Of a stretch of DNA of 64,000 nucleotides, positions 56,462-64,000 are shown piece by piece. Origin of the DNA: a virus. Within the stretch, counting starts at the first letter, position 1. Every line of letters starts with the position of its first letter. The stretch lies in the IMG/VR virus record IMGVR_UViG_3300006916_000041, positions 32,001 to 96,000 of that record. One strand, given 5' to 3'. Below the pieces are notes generated by a model. The model was not told the origin of the DNA and searched no databases. It was given only the letters and a program-made list of their open reading frames with translations. The position numbers were made by a program, and so were the translations under genes.

Positions 56462-58035
56462 TGATCCATAATGAACACACAGACTTAACAAGTACACAGG
56501 ACGACTTTGCTGTATTCTTGCCAGCACTGAGTACTTTCTACGCTCTATTTGTAGGGCGACAGCGGCGAGGCTTAGAACCATTAGATGAAAACAAGAAAGG
56601 TAGTGGGGAACCATATATCCCACTCGAGCGAATCCCCTCGCACCTCACCCATGGCGTAGAAAGTATCAACTGGCTTGCAAAGGAAGGCTTGTTTAGATAC
56701 AAGTGGAGTTTGCACAGTGCAGGACACGCAAGTCTTGATTTACAAAAAGACATGTACAGAGAAAGTCAGTACAGAGAGCGTGACAGAGAATACAGTTGGC
56801 TACTAGGCGACAGTGGAGGCTTCCAAATTGGTAAAGGCAAGTGGGAAGGTGACTGGCGCAAAGGTAGCGGCTGTCCTCAAGCACAAAAGAAACGTGATGG
56901 TGTTCTAAGATGGATGGATGCCTTTATGGACTATGGTATGATCTTGGATATTCCAGCCTGGGTTGCACGTAGTCCAGAAGGTGCGGCTGCAAGTAAAATC
57001 AGCAGTTATCAAGAAGCAGTAGAAGGCACACAAGAAAACAACGAATATTTTATCAAGCATCGTAATGGTAATTGTAAATTTTTGAATGTACTGCAAGGTG
57101 AAAACTTTGCACAAGCTGATGACTGGTACAATCAAATGAAACACTTTTGCGATCCCAAGCAGTATCCAGATGCACACTTTAATGGATGGGCTATGGGTGG
57201 GCAAAACATGTGTGACATTGAACTAGCACTCAAGCGATTAGTTGAACTAAGGCATGATGGATTGCTTGAAGAAGGACTACATGATGTTATGCACTTCTTG
57301 GGTACAAGTAAACTAGAGTGGGCATTGGTACTTACAGCAATACAGCGTGGTGTTCGCAAGTATCACAATCCTAAATTTACTGTAACATTTGATTGTGCAA
57401 GTCCTTTCTTGTGTACAGCAAACGGACAATTTTACACAAACTGGCGTTTGGATCAAGACAGCAAATGGAGTTACATGATGCAAGACGCTCCAGATGACAA
57501 AGCATATAAAAACAGTACAATGACATTTGATGACATGTGTACACAAATGTATCCAGAATTTCAAAGTAGTCCAATGAGCAAAGGACTTATGTTAAACGAC
57601 ATTTGTTATTATGCTCCAGGTGATAAAAATAGAATGGGTACCGAAACAGCTACAAGTTGGGATAGTTTTGCATATGCACTTATGATGAATCATAATGTTT
57701 GGACACACATTAAAAGTGTACAAGAAGCAAATCGTGCATTTGACCAAGGTCAGTATCCTAGTATGATGGTAGATACTAGCTTGGACAAAGTTGAAGTAGC
57801 TGATGTAGTTATGAGAGTTTTCGAAGAAAGCGACAAAGGAAAAGCCTTGCAAATTATCGAAGATCATCGTAAACTATGGATGAAAGTAATTGGCACTAGA
57901 GGACATGTTGGTAGAAAAACTATTAATGCCAGTGCGCAACTAGAAGCACACTTTGAAGGTGTTGAGTTTGCTGGTGCTAAAGAAAAAAGAGAGAAACCTC
58001 AATTAACGAGTAACTTTAATGCACTCTTTGACTAA
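56461..58035 (+). CDS. dpdA: TGT-family guanine transglycosylase (DpdA-like)
   Basis: GDSGGFQ, ILDIP, NVLQG, GWAMGG, HFLGT, TFDCASP. Confidence 0.8.
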   Translation: MIHNEHTDLTSTQDDFAVFLPALSTFYALFVGRQRRGLEPLDENKKGSGEPYIPLERIPSHLTHGVESINWLAKEGLFRYKWSLHSAGHASLDLQKDMYRESQYRERDREYSWLLGDSGGFQIGKGKWEGDWRKGSGCPQAQKKRDGVLRWMDAFMDYGMILDIPAWVARSPEGAAASKISSYQEAVEGTQENNEYFIKHRNGNCKFLNVLQGENFAQADDWYNQMKHFCDPKQYPDAHFNGWAMGGQNMCDIELALKRLVELRHDGLLEEGLHDVMHFLGTSKLEWALVLTAIQRGVRKYHNPKFTVTFDCASPFLCTANGQFYTNWRLDQDSKWSYMMQDAPDDKAYKNSTMTFDDMCTQMYPEFQSSPMSKGLMLNDICYYAPGDKNRMGTETATSWDSFAYALMMNHNVWTHIKSVQEANRAFDQGQYPSMMVDTSLDKVEVADVVMRVFEESDKGKALQIIEDHRKLWMKVIGTRGHVGRKTINASAQLEAHFEGVEFAGAKEKREKPQLTSNFNALFD

Positions 58036-58888
58036 AGCATTGATTGTAGGCACTGGCTTTGGCAGTCTCTACAAACAAATATACCAAGACATGAATGTTG
58101 CTGTAACCACAGTGGACATTGCAGATCCCAATGCCGACTATAAGCATGTGTATCAAGCACTGCAACAAGGTCTAGTGCATTGGGATGTATGTCACATTAC
58201 AACTCCAAACTACACACACTATCCACTAGCAGACCTTTGTGCAAACTTTTGTGACATTGTATTTGTTGAAAAGCCTGGTGTAGATGATCCAGAGCTTTGG
58301 GAAGAACTGTTGACAGATCATCCCAATACACGTATTATGATGACCAAAAACAATCAATACAGAGACAATGTACATCAAATACGTGAAGCAGCAAGTCAAG
58401 GTCAAGTGCGTATCAATTGGATCAATGACAACAGAGTACCCAAGCCAGGCAGTTGGTTTACTACAAAAAAACTAGCATTTGGTGGTGTGAGCAGAGACTT
58501 GATGCCACACTTGTTGAGCTGGGTACAAGTATTAGAACCAGACTGGTTGCATATGAAACCCAAGTTCAGTCGCTGTGATCAGAAATGGACATTACAACAT
58601 TTGACAGGAAGTGATTATGGTGCTATAAATTATAAAGGCACATATGATGTAGATGATATGTGTTACATTGATCTTGGTAGATACAATCTACACGCAGATT
58701 GGCGCAGCGGCACAGGAGACGACATTGCTATACACACAGACAAAGTTAGTTTTCAACTAGGACTATGTCCTGAAAGTGCATACGAAGCAATGATACGTAT
58801 TGCACACGAGAACCTAAATAATGATGAGTTTTGGAACAAGCAAAAGGACATGGATCTATGGATTCACCGGATCTTAAACAACCTGTAA
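58019..58888 (+). CDS. Gfo/Idh/MocA family oxidoreductase
   Basis: VGTGFG, ITTPNYTH, VEKP, GGVSRDLMPH. Confidence 0.85.
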   Translation: MHSLTKALIVGTGFGSLYKQIYQDMNVAVTTVDIADPNADYKHVYQALQQGLVHWDVCHITTPNYTHYPLADLCANFCDIVFVEKPGVDDPELWEELLTDHPNTRIMMTKNNQYRDNVHQIREAASQGQVRINWINDNRVPKPGSWFTTKKLAFGGVSRDLMPHLLSWVQVLEPDWLHMKPKFSRCDQKWTLQHLTGSDYGAINYKGTYDVDDMCYIDLGRYNLHADWRSGTGDDIAIHTDKVSFQLGLCPESAYEAMIRIAHENLNNDEFWNKQKDMDLWIHRILNNL

Positions 58889-59775
58889 GACAGTTAGTAA
58901 CCAGAGGCAATGGTGTATTCATCGAACAAGACTATTTGGTGCCCATGTTACTCAAAGATGAAATACGTGTTCGTGCAATAATGACAGGTGTTTGTCGCAG
59001 TGACATTGACATGATGACAGGTGACTTTACACTATTGCCCACAGAAATGCATGGACACGAAGGCTTGGGTCAAGTAATTGCAGTAGGCAATGATGTTGAT
59101 GATTGCGGAATTGGCGATTATGTTGCTACCAGAGGCGAGCCTGCATATGCAGATATTTACAATTGCAAGAAAGGCACATACTGTGTAGTTCCAGAAGCAC
59201 ATCCAGATTATATAATTGAACCTGTAGCATGTGCAGTTAACATGGAGTTGGTTTGTCAACAAGAACTTACGCAACGAGATGGCGGTAGAATGCTGATTAT
59301 TGGCACAGGATTTCTTGCTAGAGTATTTCACCAAACTGTAATAGAACAAGGATACGATTATCAAATTGATGTAATAGGCAAAAGCAATGCTGATTATTGG
59401 GGCACGGAAATGCTGGTTGACGGCAGCTATGCAAAGTATGACGTAGTAGTAGATCTCAAAGGTGAAGACAAAATTAAGTTTGTTAAAGTTAACCCTAATG
59501 CACTTGTGATAATGGCTAGTGCGCCGCACAGAGAATATAATTTTCCTCTCGAAGATTGGCTGTGGAATAATGTTACAATCAAAATGCCAAGTCCGAGAGC
59601 AGAAACATTTCACAGTGCTATGAAACTAGCAACACGCATGGTAGCTCAAGGAAAGATAGAGCTTGACAATGTATGGACACGTGAGTATAATAGAGAAACA
59701 AATTGGCAACAAGCATTCAGTGATGCACTAACTAGACCTGAAGGCTACAATAGAGGTTATATCAAATGGGATTAG
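58858..59775 (+). CDS. Zn-dependent medium-chain (polyol-type) dehydrogenase
   Basis: GVCRSD, GHEGLG, IEPVAC, GTGFLA; no structural-Zn Cys cluster. Confidence 0.85.
   Translation: MDSPDLKQPVRQLVTRGNGVFIEQDYLVPMLLKDEIRVRAIMTGVCRSDIDMMTGDFTLLPTEMHGHEGLGQVIAVGNDVDDCGIGDYVATRGEPAYADIYNCKKGTYCVVPEAHPDYIIEPVACAVNMELVCQQELTQRDGGRMLIIGTGFLARVFHQTVIEQGYDYQIDVIGKSNADYWGTEMLVDGSYAKYDVVVDLKGEDKIKFVKVNPNALVIMASAPHREYNFPLEDWLWNNVTIKMPSPRAETFHSAMKLATRMVAQGKIELDNVWTREYNRETNWQQAFSDALTRPEGYNRGYIKWD
59663..59691 (+). promoter_or_regulatory. Consensus sigma70 promoter inside CDS
   Basis: TTGACA-17-TATAAT, 75 nt before next ORF. Confidence 0.6.
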
Positions 59776-60278
59776 ACACAGACGAACGTCAGGACGTAGT
59801 TTATTTTATTGGCACAGAAGTTGAACGCACAGCAATGTATGGAGAAAAAACTCTGTTTGTGGTTGGTATTCAGCCTTGGGAAGATATCCAAAAACGTGCA
59901 GACGAACATGGCATTCGACATTTATATTTTGGTACCAGTCAAAGTTTTCATCCTAAAAACGATGAGGACTATGATATGTGGGAATCTATGATCAAACCTT
60001 TACTTAAACTAGGATACTGGTGTACATTAGACTTCGGTGTAGAGTATGCATCGGATGTACTTGAATGTGGGTTTGACGAACATGATAACTACATTAGTAT
60101 GATAAGTGTTAAACTTCCATACATTAAACAATTCAACTATAATGCAACACTTAAATTAGATGACACAACATGGGGTAAAAGCAATCCAGGCGTATGGTGC
60201 CACAGTGTGCATGACTTAATGGATCGCTCGGTTTACACAGACTGGCGAGACTATGTTGGTGATACGGTAATCGAATGA
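59766..60278 (+). CDS. Hypothetical protein in modification cluster
   Basis: EVERT...TLFVVG, HLYFG, KLDD....NPGVWCH. Confidence 0.65.
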   Translation: MGLDTDERQDVVYFIGTEVERTAMYGEKTLFVVGIQPWEDIQKRADEHGIRHLYFGTSQSFHPKNDEDYDMWESMIKPLLKLGYWCTLDFGVEYASDVLECGFDEHDNYISMISVKLPYIKQFNYNATLKLDDTTWGKSNPGVWCHSVHDLMDRSVYTDWRDYVGDTVIE

Positions 60279-60715
60279 ACGGAAATAAACGAATAGGATT
60301 TACATGTAGCACATTTGATTTGTTACATGCAGGACATATTGCTATGCTCAGAGAAGCCAAAGAGCATTGTGATTATCTTATTGTAGGGTTACAAACAGAT
60401 CCTACAATTGATAGACCAGATACAAAAAACAAACCTGTGCAAAGTTTAGTAGAACGCTACACACAATTATCAGGTGTAAAGTATGTGGATGAAATTATTC
60501 CTTATCAAACTGAACAAGATTTAGAAGATATACTAGCCATGTATCATATAACAGTAAGAGTTCTTGGTGAAGAATATCGTGAAAAGGAATTTACAGGCAA
60601 AGATGTTTGCCGCAAGCGTGGTATTGAATTATATTTTAACAAAAGAGATCATAGATTTAGTACTACAGATCTAAGGGAAAGAGTAAGTAATGAGCCCCGT
60701 GGAAAACCGCATTAA
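60275..60715 (+). CDS. TagD-like cytidylyltransferase (HxGH)
   Basis: FDLLHAGH, LIVGL, VDEIIPY, STT. Confidence 0.88.
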   Translation: MNGNKRIGFTCSTFDLLHAGHIAMLREAKEHCDYLIVGLQTDPTIDRPDTKNKPVQSLVERYTQLSGVKYVDEIIPYQTEQDLEDILAMYHITVRVLGEEYREKEFTGKDVCRKRGIELYFNKRDHRFSTTDLRERVSNEPRGKPH

Positions 60716-60866
60716 TAAACTTGTAAAAGAGCACAGAATGCTTGACACAGAAATAAAACGACTATACAATACAACAAATAGCGAAAAAACATTAAAAGCT
60801 ATGAAACAACGCAAACTCAAACTTAAAGATGAGATAACTAAACTCAAAGGAGATACAAATGGTTAA
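60690..60866 (+). CDS. YdcH/DUF465-like coiled coil (not in ORF track)
   Basis: EHRMLDTEI...KQRKLKLKDEI. Confidence 0.65.
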   Translation: MSPVENRINKLVKEHRMLDTEIKRLYNTTNSEKTLKAMKQRKLKLKDEITKLKGDTNG

Positions 60867-61086
60867 AAAAATTCGTGTATTAGACGAGCCAGTACAAGAA
60901 GTTTCAGAAGAAGTAACTTTGGAAACTATGCATGAACTGGCAAAGACCATGGATTGGAAGCTGTGGGAAATACTGCAAATTATGCAACGATTTGAAAAGA
61001 AAATCAGTGTGCTAGATGGTGCTGGTATACCAGATGAAGAAGTCAGTTCTAAACAATCGACAAAACCCAAAGTTGTTAAAAAATAA
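60859..61086 (+). CDS. Hypothetical protein
   Basis: MDWKLWE motif, AAGGAG RBS. Confidence 0.55.
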   Translation: MVKKIRVLDEPVQEVSEEVTLETMHELAKTMDWKLWEILQIMQRFEKKISVLDGAGIPDEEVSSKQSTKPKVVKK

Positions 61087-61550
61087 TGTTAGATCGAGTC
61101 GAACCAGAACGCTATTATGAATGGATGCTCTGGAAGATGAGACAGGAAGATGCAAAAATGCAAAAATTAAAAAAAACTAGTAGCATGATTTGGGTTACAT
61201 TTCGCAAAGAAGGTTTACACAAATATCCTGCGGCACTAGATGATCCGAAGCTAGCTACAGGCGGGGCAGATGATGTTAGCTTTTTAGGCTATATTCATAG
61301 ACACATGTTTCACTTTAAAGTTGCAATTGAGGTGTTTCATGATGATCGTGATATTGAATTTATACAATTTAAACGTTGGTTAGAGAATCTATATGCAGAG
61401 GGTACACTGCAATTAGATTTTAAAAGCTGTGAGATGATCTGCGATGATCTTGCAGAAAGTATTAACAACAAGTACCCGGGAAGAAAACTTAACATCACTG
61501 TCAGTGAAGATGGTGAAAACGGCGCAACCATTGAATACGAGGTATCATAA
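61086..61550 (+). CDS. QueD-paralogue T-fold protein, DpdL-like
   Basis: LGYIHRHMF, DRDIEF, SCEMI, VSEDGENGA. Confidence 0.65.
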   Translation: MLDRVEPERYYEWMLWKMRQEDAKMQKLKKTSSMIWVTFRKEGLHKYPAALDDPKLATGGADDVSFLGYIHRHMFHFKVAIEVFHDDRDIEFIQFKRWLENLYAEGTLQLDFKSCEMICDDLAESINNKYPGRKLNITVSEDGENGATIEYEVS

Positions 61551-61552
61551 TT

Positions 61553-61858
61553 ATGCGACAACACCGTATTAGTATTAACGATATTAAATACGATCTCATC
61601 AAGATCATCGAACCCCACGATGGTCGTTTGGAAACCAAAGAATCAGGTGGGGCAAAAGTTGAAAAACTTTTTGATTCTTATCTCAGAGATTTGCGCAGAG
61701 CTGGAATGATTCAACACTATGATATTGAAGTTACCCAGCGTCCTACAGCATTTACCTATGACGTAAGTGTTAAAGTAAATGCTGACAGAAGTCCTAAAAA
61801 ACTTAAAATACACGTTGGTGTATTTACACAACCTTGGACACAAAAGTCAGCAGCATGA
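61553..61858 (+). CDS. Hypothetical protein
   Basis: ORF in operon. Confidence 0.55.
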   Translation: MRQHRISINDIKYDLIKIIEPHDGRLETKESGGAKVEKLFDSYLRDLRRAGMIQHYDIEVTQRPTAFTYDVSVKVNADRSPKKLKIHVGVFTQPWTQKSAA

Positions 61859-62955
61859 CAGTCTATATTATAGATATCGAGGCTGTTGACACACGCTACA
61901 CTGCACAGTGGAAGGAACATCTTCCCGAGCAGTTGCGCAACCGCACTGATGATGTAGTTGTTATCAGCGGCGGGGAAACGCCTCAGGCTACTACGCCTGG
62001 GGCATTTCTTAATTTTGGAGGCACTAATGTATACAAATCTAATCAACTTGAGCAATTGGGTAGACTGTTCTGTGAAGGGAAAATTAACGATGGCGATTAT
62101 TTCCTTTACACTGATGCTTGGAATCCTACTGTTATTCAGTTACGATACATGGCTAGCCTTCTTGGCACAGATATTACTATCGGTGGCATGTGGCATGCCG
62201 GTAGCTATGATCCTCAAGACTTTCTTGGACGACTAATCGGCGATGCAGCATGGGTAAGACATGCTGAGAAAAGCATGTTCTGGTGCTATGATCACAACTA
62301 CTTTGCAACAGAGTTTCATTTAAACTTGTTTGCTGAGAACTTGCTAAACTACAAAGGTATGTTTGGTATGACAGCGGCAGAGACACTCAAAGACAGCAAT
62401 GATAATATTGTTATCACAGGATGGCCCATGGAGTATATGCAGGACATATTGCTTCCATATAAAAACATGGAAAAGCGTAACACAGTAGTATTTCCGCACA
62501 GACTAGCACCTGAGAAACAACTGGATATTTTTAAAGATTTGGCAACACAGTTACCAGAATACGAATTCATAGTTTGTCAGGAACAACAATTGACAAAAAA
62601 TGAATACCATAATATACTTGGTGAAGCTAAGGTAGTGTTTAGTGCTAACTTGCAAGAAACACTGGGTATTAGCGCATATGAAGGTGCGTTAGTAGGAGCC
62701 ATTCCTATGATGCCTAATAGACTCAGCTATACAGAAATGTATGATGACGAATTCAAGTATCCAAGTGAATGGACAGAAAGTTGGGATAGTTATCAAAAGA
62801 ACAAAACCAAGATTGTCCAAAAGTTAAAAAATTACATGGAAAATCACAATAATTATCACAACATGTTAAATACAGAGTCAGCACGTTTGACACAGAATTT
62901 TTTCAGTGGCAATCGTATGTATGACACAATAACACAAAGTGACACACCACTATAA
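61855..62955 (+). CDS. GT-B (GT4-like) glycosyltransferase
   Basis: FPHRLAPEK and ETLGISAYE (Ex7E), PNRLSYTEM. Confidence 0.85.
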   Translation: MTVYIIDIEAVDTRYTAQWKEHLPEQLRNRTDDVVVISGGETPQATTPGAFLNFGGTNVYKSNQLEQLGRLFCEGKINDGDYFLYTDAWNPTVIQLRYMASLLGTDITIGGMWHAGSYDPQDFLGRLIGDAAWVRHAEKSMFWCYDHNYFATEFHLNLFAENLLNYKGMFGMTAAETLKDSNDNIVITGWPMEYMQDILLPYKNMEKRNTVVFPHRLAPEKQLDIFKDLATQLPEYEFIVCQEQQLTKNEYHNILGEAKVVFSANLQETLGISAYEGALVGAIPMMPNRLSYTEMYDDEFKYPSEWTESWDSYQKNKTKIVQKLKNYMENHNNYHNMLNTESARLTQNFFSGNRMYDTITQSDTPL

Positions 62956-62968
62956 CTCGGAGCAATTA

Positions 62969-63652
62969 ATGGAAAAATCAAAAGAACTAAAGGCACGCCT
63001 TGACGATGCAGGCATTCGTTATTGGGCGGGCGATAATATCTCCTCAGTAATGCAACCAGGAGACAAAGAAGAACTTATCGAAGAACTTACAGATAAGTTT
63101 GAAGCAGTACTAGACAGTTTAGTAATCGACAGACACACTGACCCAAACAGTATGGATACTGGTCGTAGACTTGCTAAAATGTATGTTAAAGAACTGATGG
63201 CAGGACGTTATGATCCAATGCCCAATGCAACAGCATTTCCCAATCACACAAATGACAGGTACACAGGTATGCTAGTGGTTCGCAGTGAACTTGTTAGTAT
63301 GTGCAGTCATCACCATCAACCAGTAAAAGGAGTTGCGTATATAGGACTTATCGCAGCAGACACACTTATTGGGTTGAGCAAGTATACTCGTATTGCACAG
63401 TGGTGTGCAAGACGTGGTACATTGCAAGAAGAACTTGCAATGGACATTGCCCGCGAAATTATGAAAGCAACGGGCAGTGAAGATGTTGGCGTATATATCC
63501 AAGCAACACATGGTTGTTGTGAAAATAGAGGTATTATGGCAACTAGTAGTTTAACACAAACCACTGTACTCAAAGGCGCTTTTAACAGCGACATGGGTAC
63601 TAAAAAAGAATTTATGGACAATATTAAACTACAACAAGAATATACACGATAA
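62969..63652 (+). CDS. folE: GTP cyclohydrolase I
   Basis: SMCSHHHQP, GLSKYTR, LQEEL, HGCCENRG. Confidence 0.93.
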   Translation: MEKSKELKARLDDAGIRYWAGDNISSVMQPGDKEELIEELTDKFEAVLDSLVIDRHTDPNSMDTGRRLAKMYVKELMAGRYDPMPNATAFPNHTNDRYTGMLVVRSELVSMCSHHHQPVKGVAYIGLIAADTLIGLSKYTRIAQWCARRGTLQEELAMDIAREIMKATGSEDVGVYIQATHGCCENRGIMATSSLTQTTVLKGAFNSDMGTKKEFMDNIKLQQEYTR

Positions 63653-63702
63653 CGTGTAGGCAGAGTCGATCCTGCCTTAACACCCTCGAAAAGGAAAAGA
63701 CA

Positions 63703-64000
63703 TTGAAACTATTTAAATTACTTACTGCCGCTTTAGTAGCGGCTGGTCTCTTTGTTTCTCCTGCAGCGTCGAAAGATAAAGTGAAAGTAGGTTTTATCTA
63801 CGTGGGACCAATTGGTGACCACGGCTGGACTTACCGACATGATATTGGACGTCAACAAGTAGAAGAAGCATACGGAGATCGTGTTGAAACAACTTATATC
63901 GAATCAGTACCAGAAGGTGCAGATGCTGAACGTGTACTAACACAAATGGCTCTGCAAGGACATGACATTATTTTTGCTACTTCATTTGGATATATGGATG
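63703..64000 (+). CDS. BMP-family ABC substrate-binding protein, 3' truncated (not in ORF track)
   Basis: TTG start; MKLFKLL...KVGFIYVGPIGDHGWTYRHDIGR...ESVPEGADAERV...IFATSFGYMD. Confidence 0.88.
   Translation, partial: MKLFKLLTAALVAAGLFVSPAASKDKVKVGFIYVGPIGDHGWTYRHDIGRQQVEEAYGDRVETTYIESVPEGADAERVLTQMALQGHDIIFATSFGYMD

Noticed and set aside
1-64000. Stop-codon reassignment, as seen in some large phages
   Set aside because: Known proteins are full-length in code 11; TAG (fdxA, PolB) and TGA act as stops at expected ends
1-64000. Bacterial chromosome or host contamination, given the many metabolic genes
   Set aside because: Metabolic genes are interleaved and overlap with phage genes, share composition, and sit among T4-like late promoters, PolB and clamp loader
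1-64000. tRNA or rRNA genes
   Set aside because: No cloverleaf with a T-loop seen in the few intergenic gaps; a tRNAscan-SE run would confirm

Overview
64 kb of a large (jumbo-type) AT-rich dsDNA tailed phage genome, densely coding with standard code 11 and mostly on the + strand. No tRNA, rRNA or CRISPR array was seen. Phage hallmarks: family B DNA polymerase, sliding clamp, clamp loader, T4-like late promoter boxes (TAAATA/TAAGTA), overlapping spanins and a GH19 endolysin. Host-like genes (fdxA, yccA, prs, BMP substrate-binding protein) look alphaproteobacterial, possibly Rhodobacteraceae (inference). Layout: (i) 2-17 kb auxiliary metabolism (queD, Fe-S genes, prs, class I aldolase, pckA, gap, groES, a DnaE fragment, a lipoprotein subtilase); (ii) 18-26 kb small early genes driven by five copies of a sigma70 promoter cassette with a palindromic AAGAC[A/G]TCTT box, plus a ParB-like/HNH/MutH-like operon; (iii) 26-36 kb phoH, infA, spanins, dnaJ, clpA and late genes; (iv) 37-48 kb proteins sharing a capsid-targeting-like N-terminus; (v) 49-56 kb lysis and replication; (vi) 56-64 kb a TGT/DpdA-centred cluster with FolE, a DpdL-like T-fold protein, a GT-B glycosyltransferase resembling queuosine mannosyltransferase, two sugar/polyol oxidoreductases and a cytidylyltransferase. 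Cluster (vi) is the best candidate for an undescribed system, possibly making a sugar- or polyol-decorated 7-deazaguanine. All family calls come from motif recognition by eye; no searches were run.
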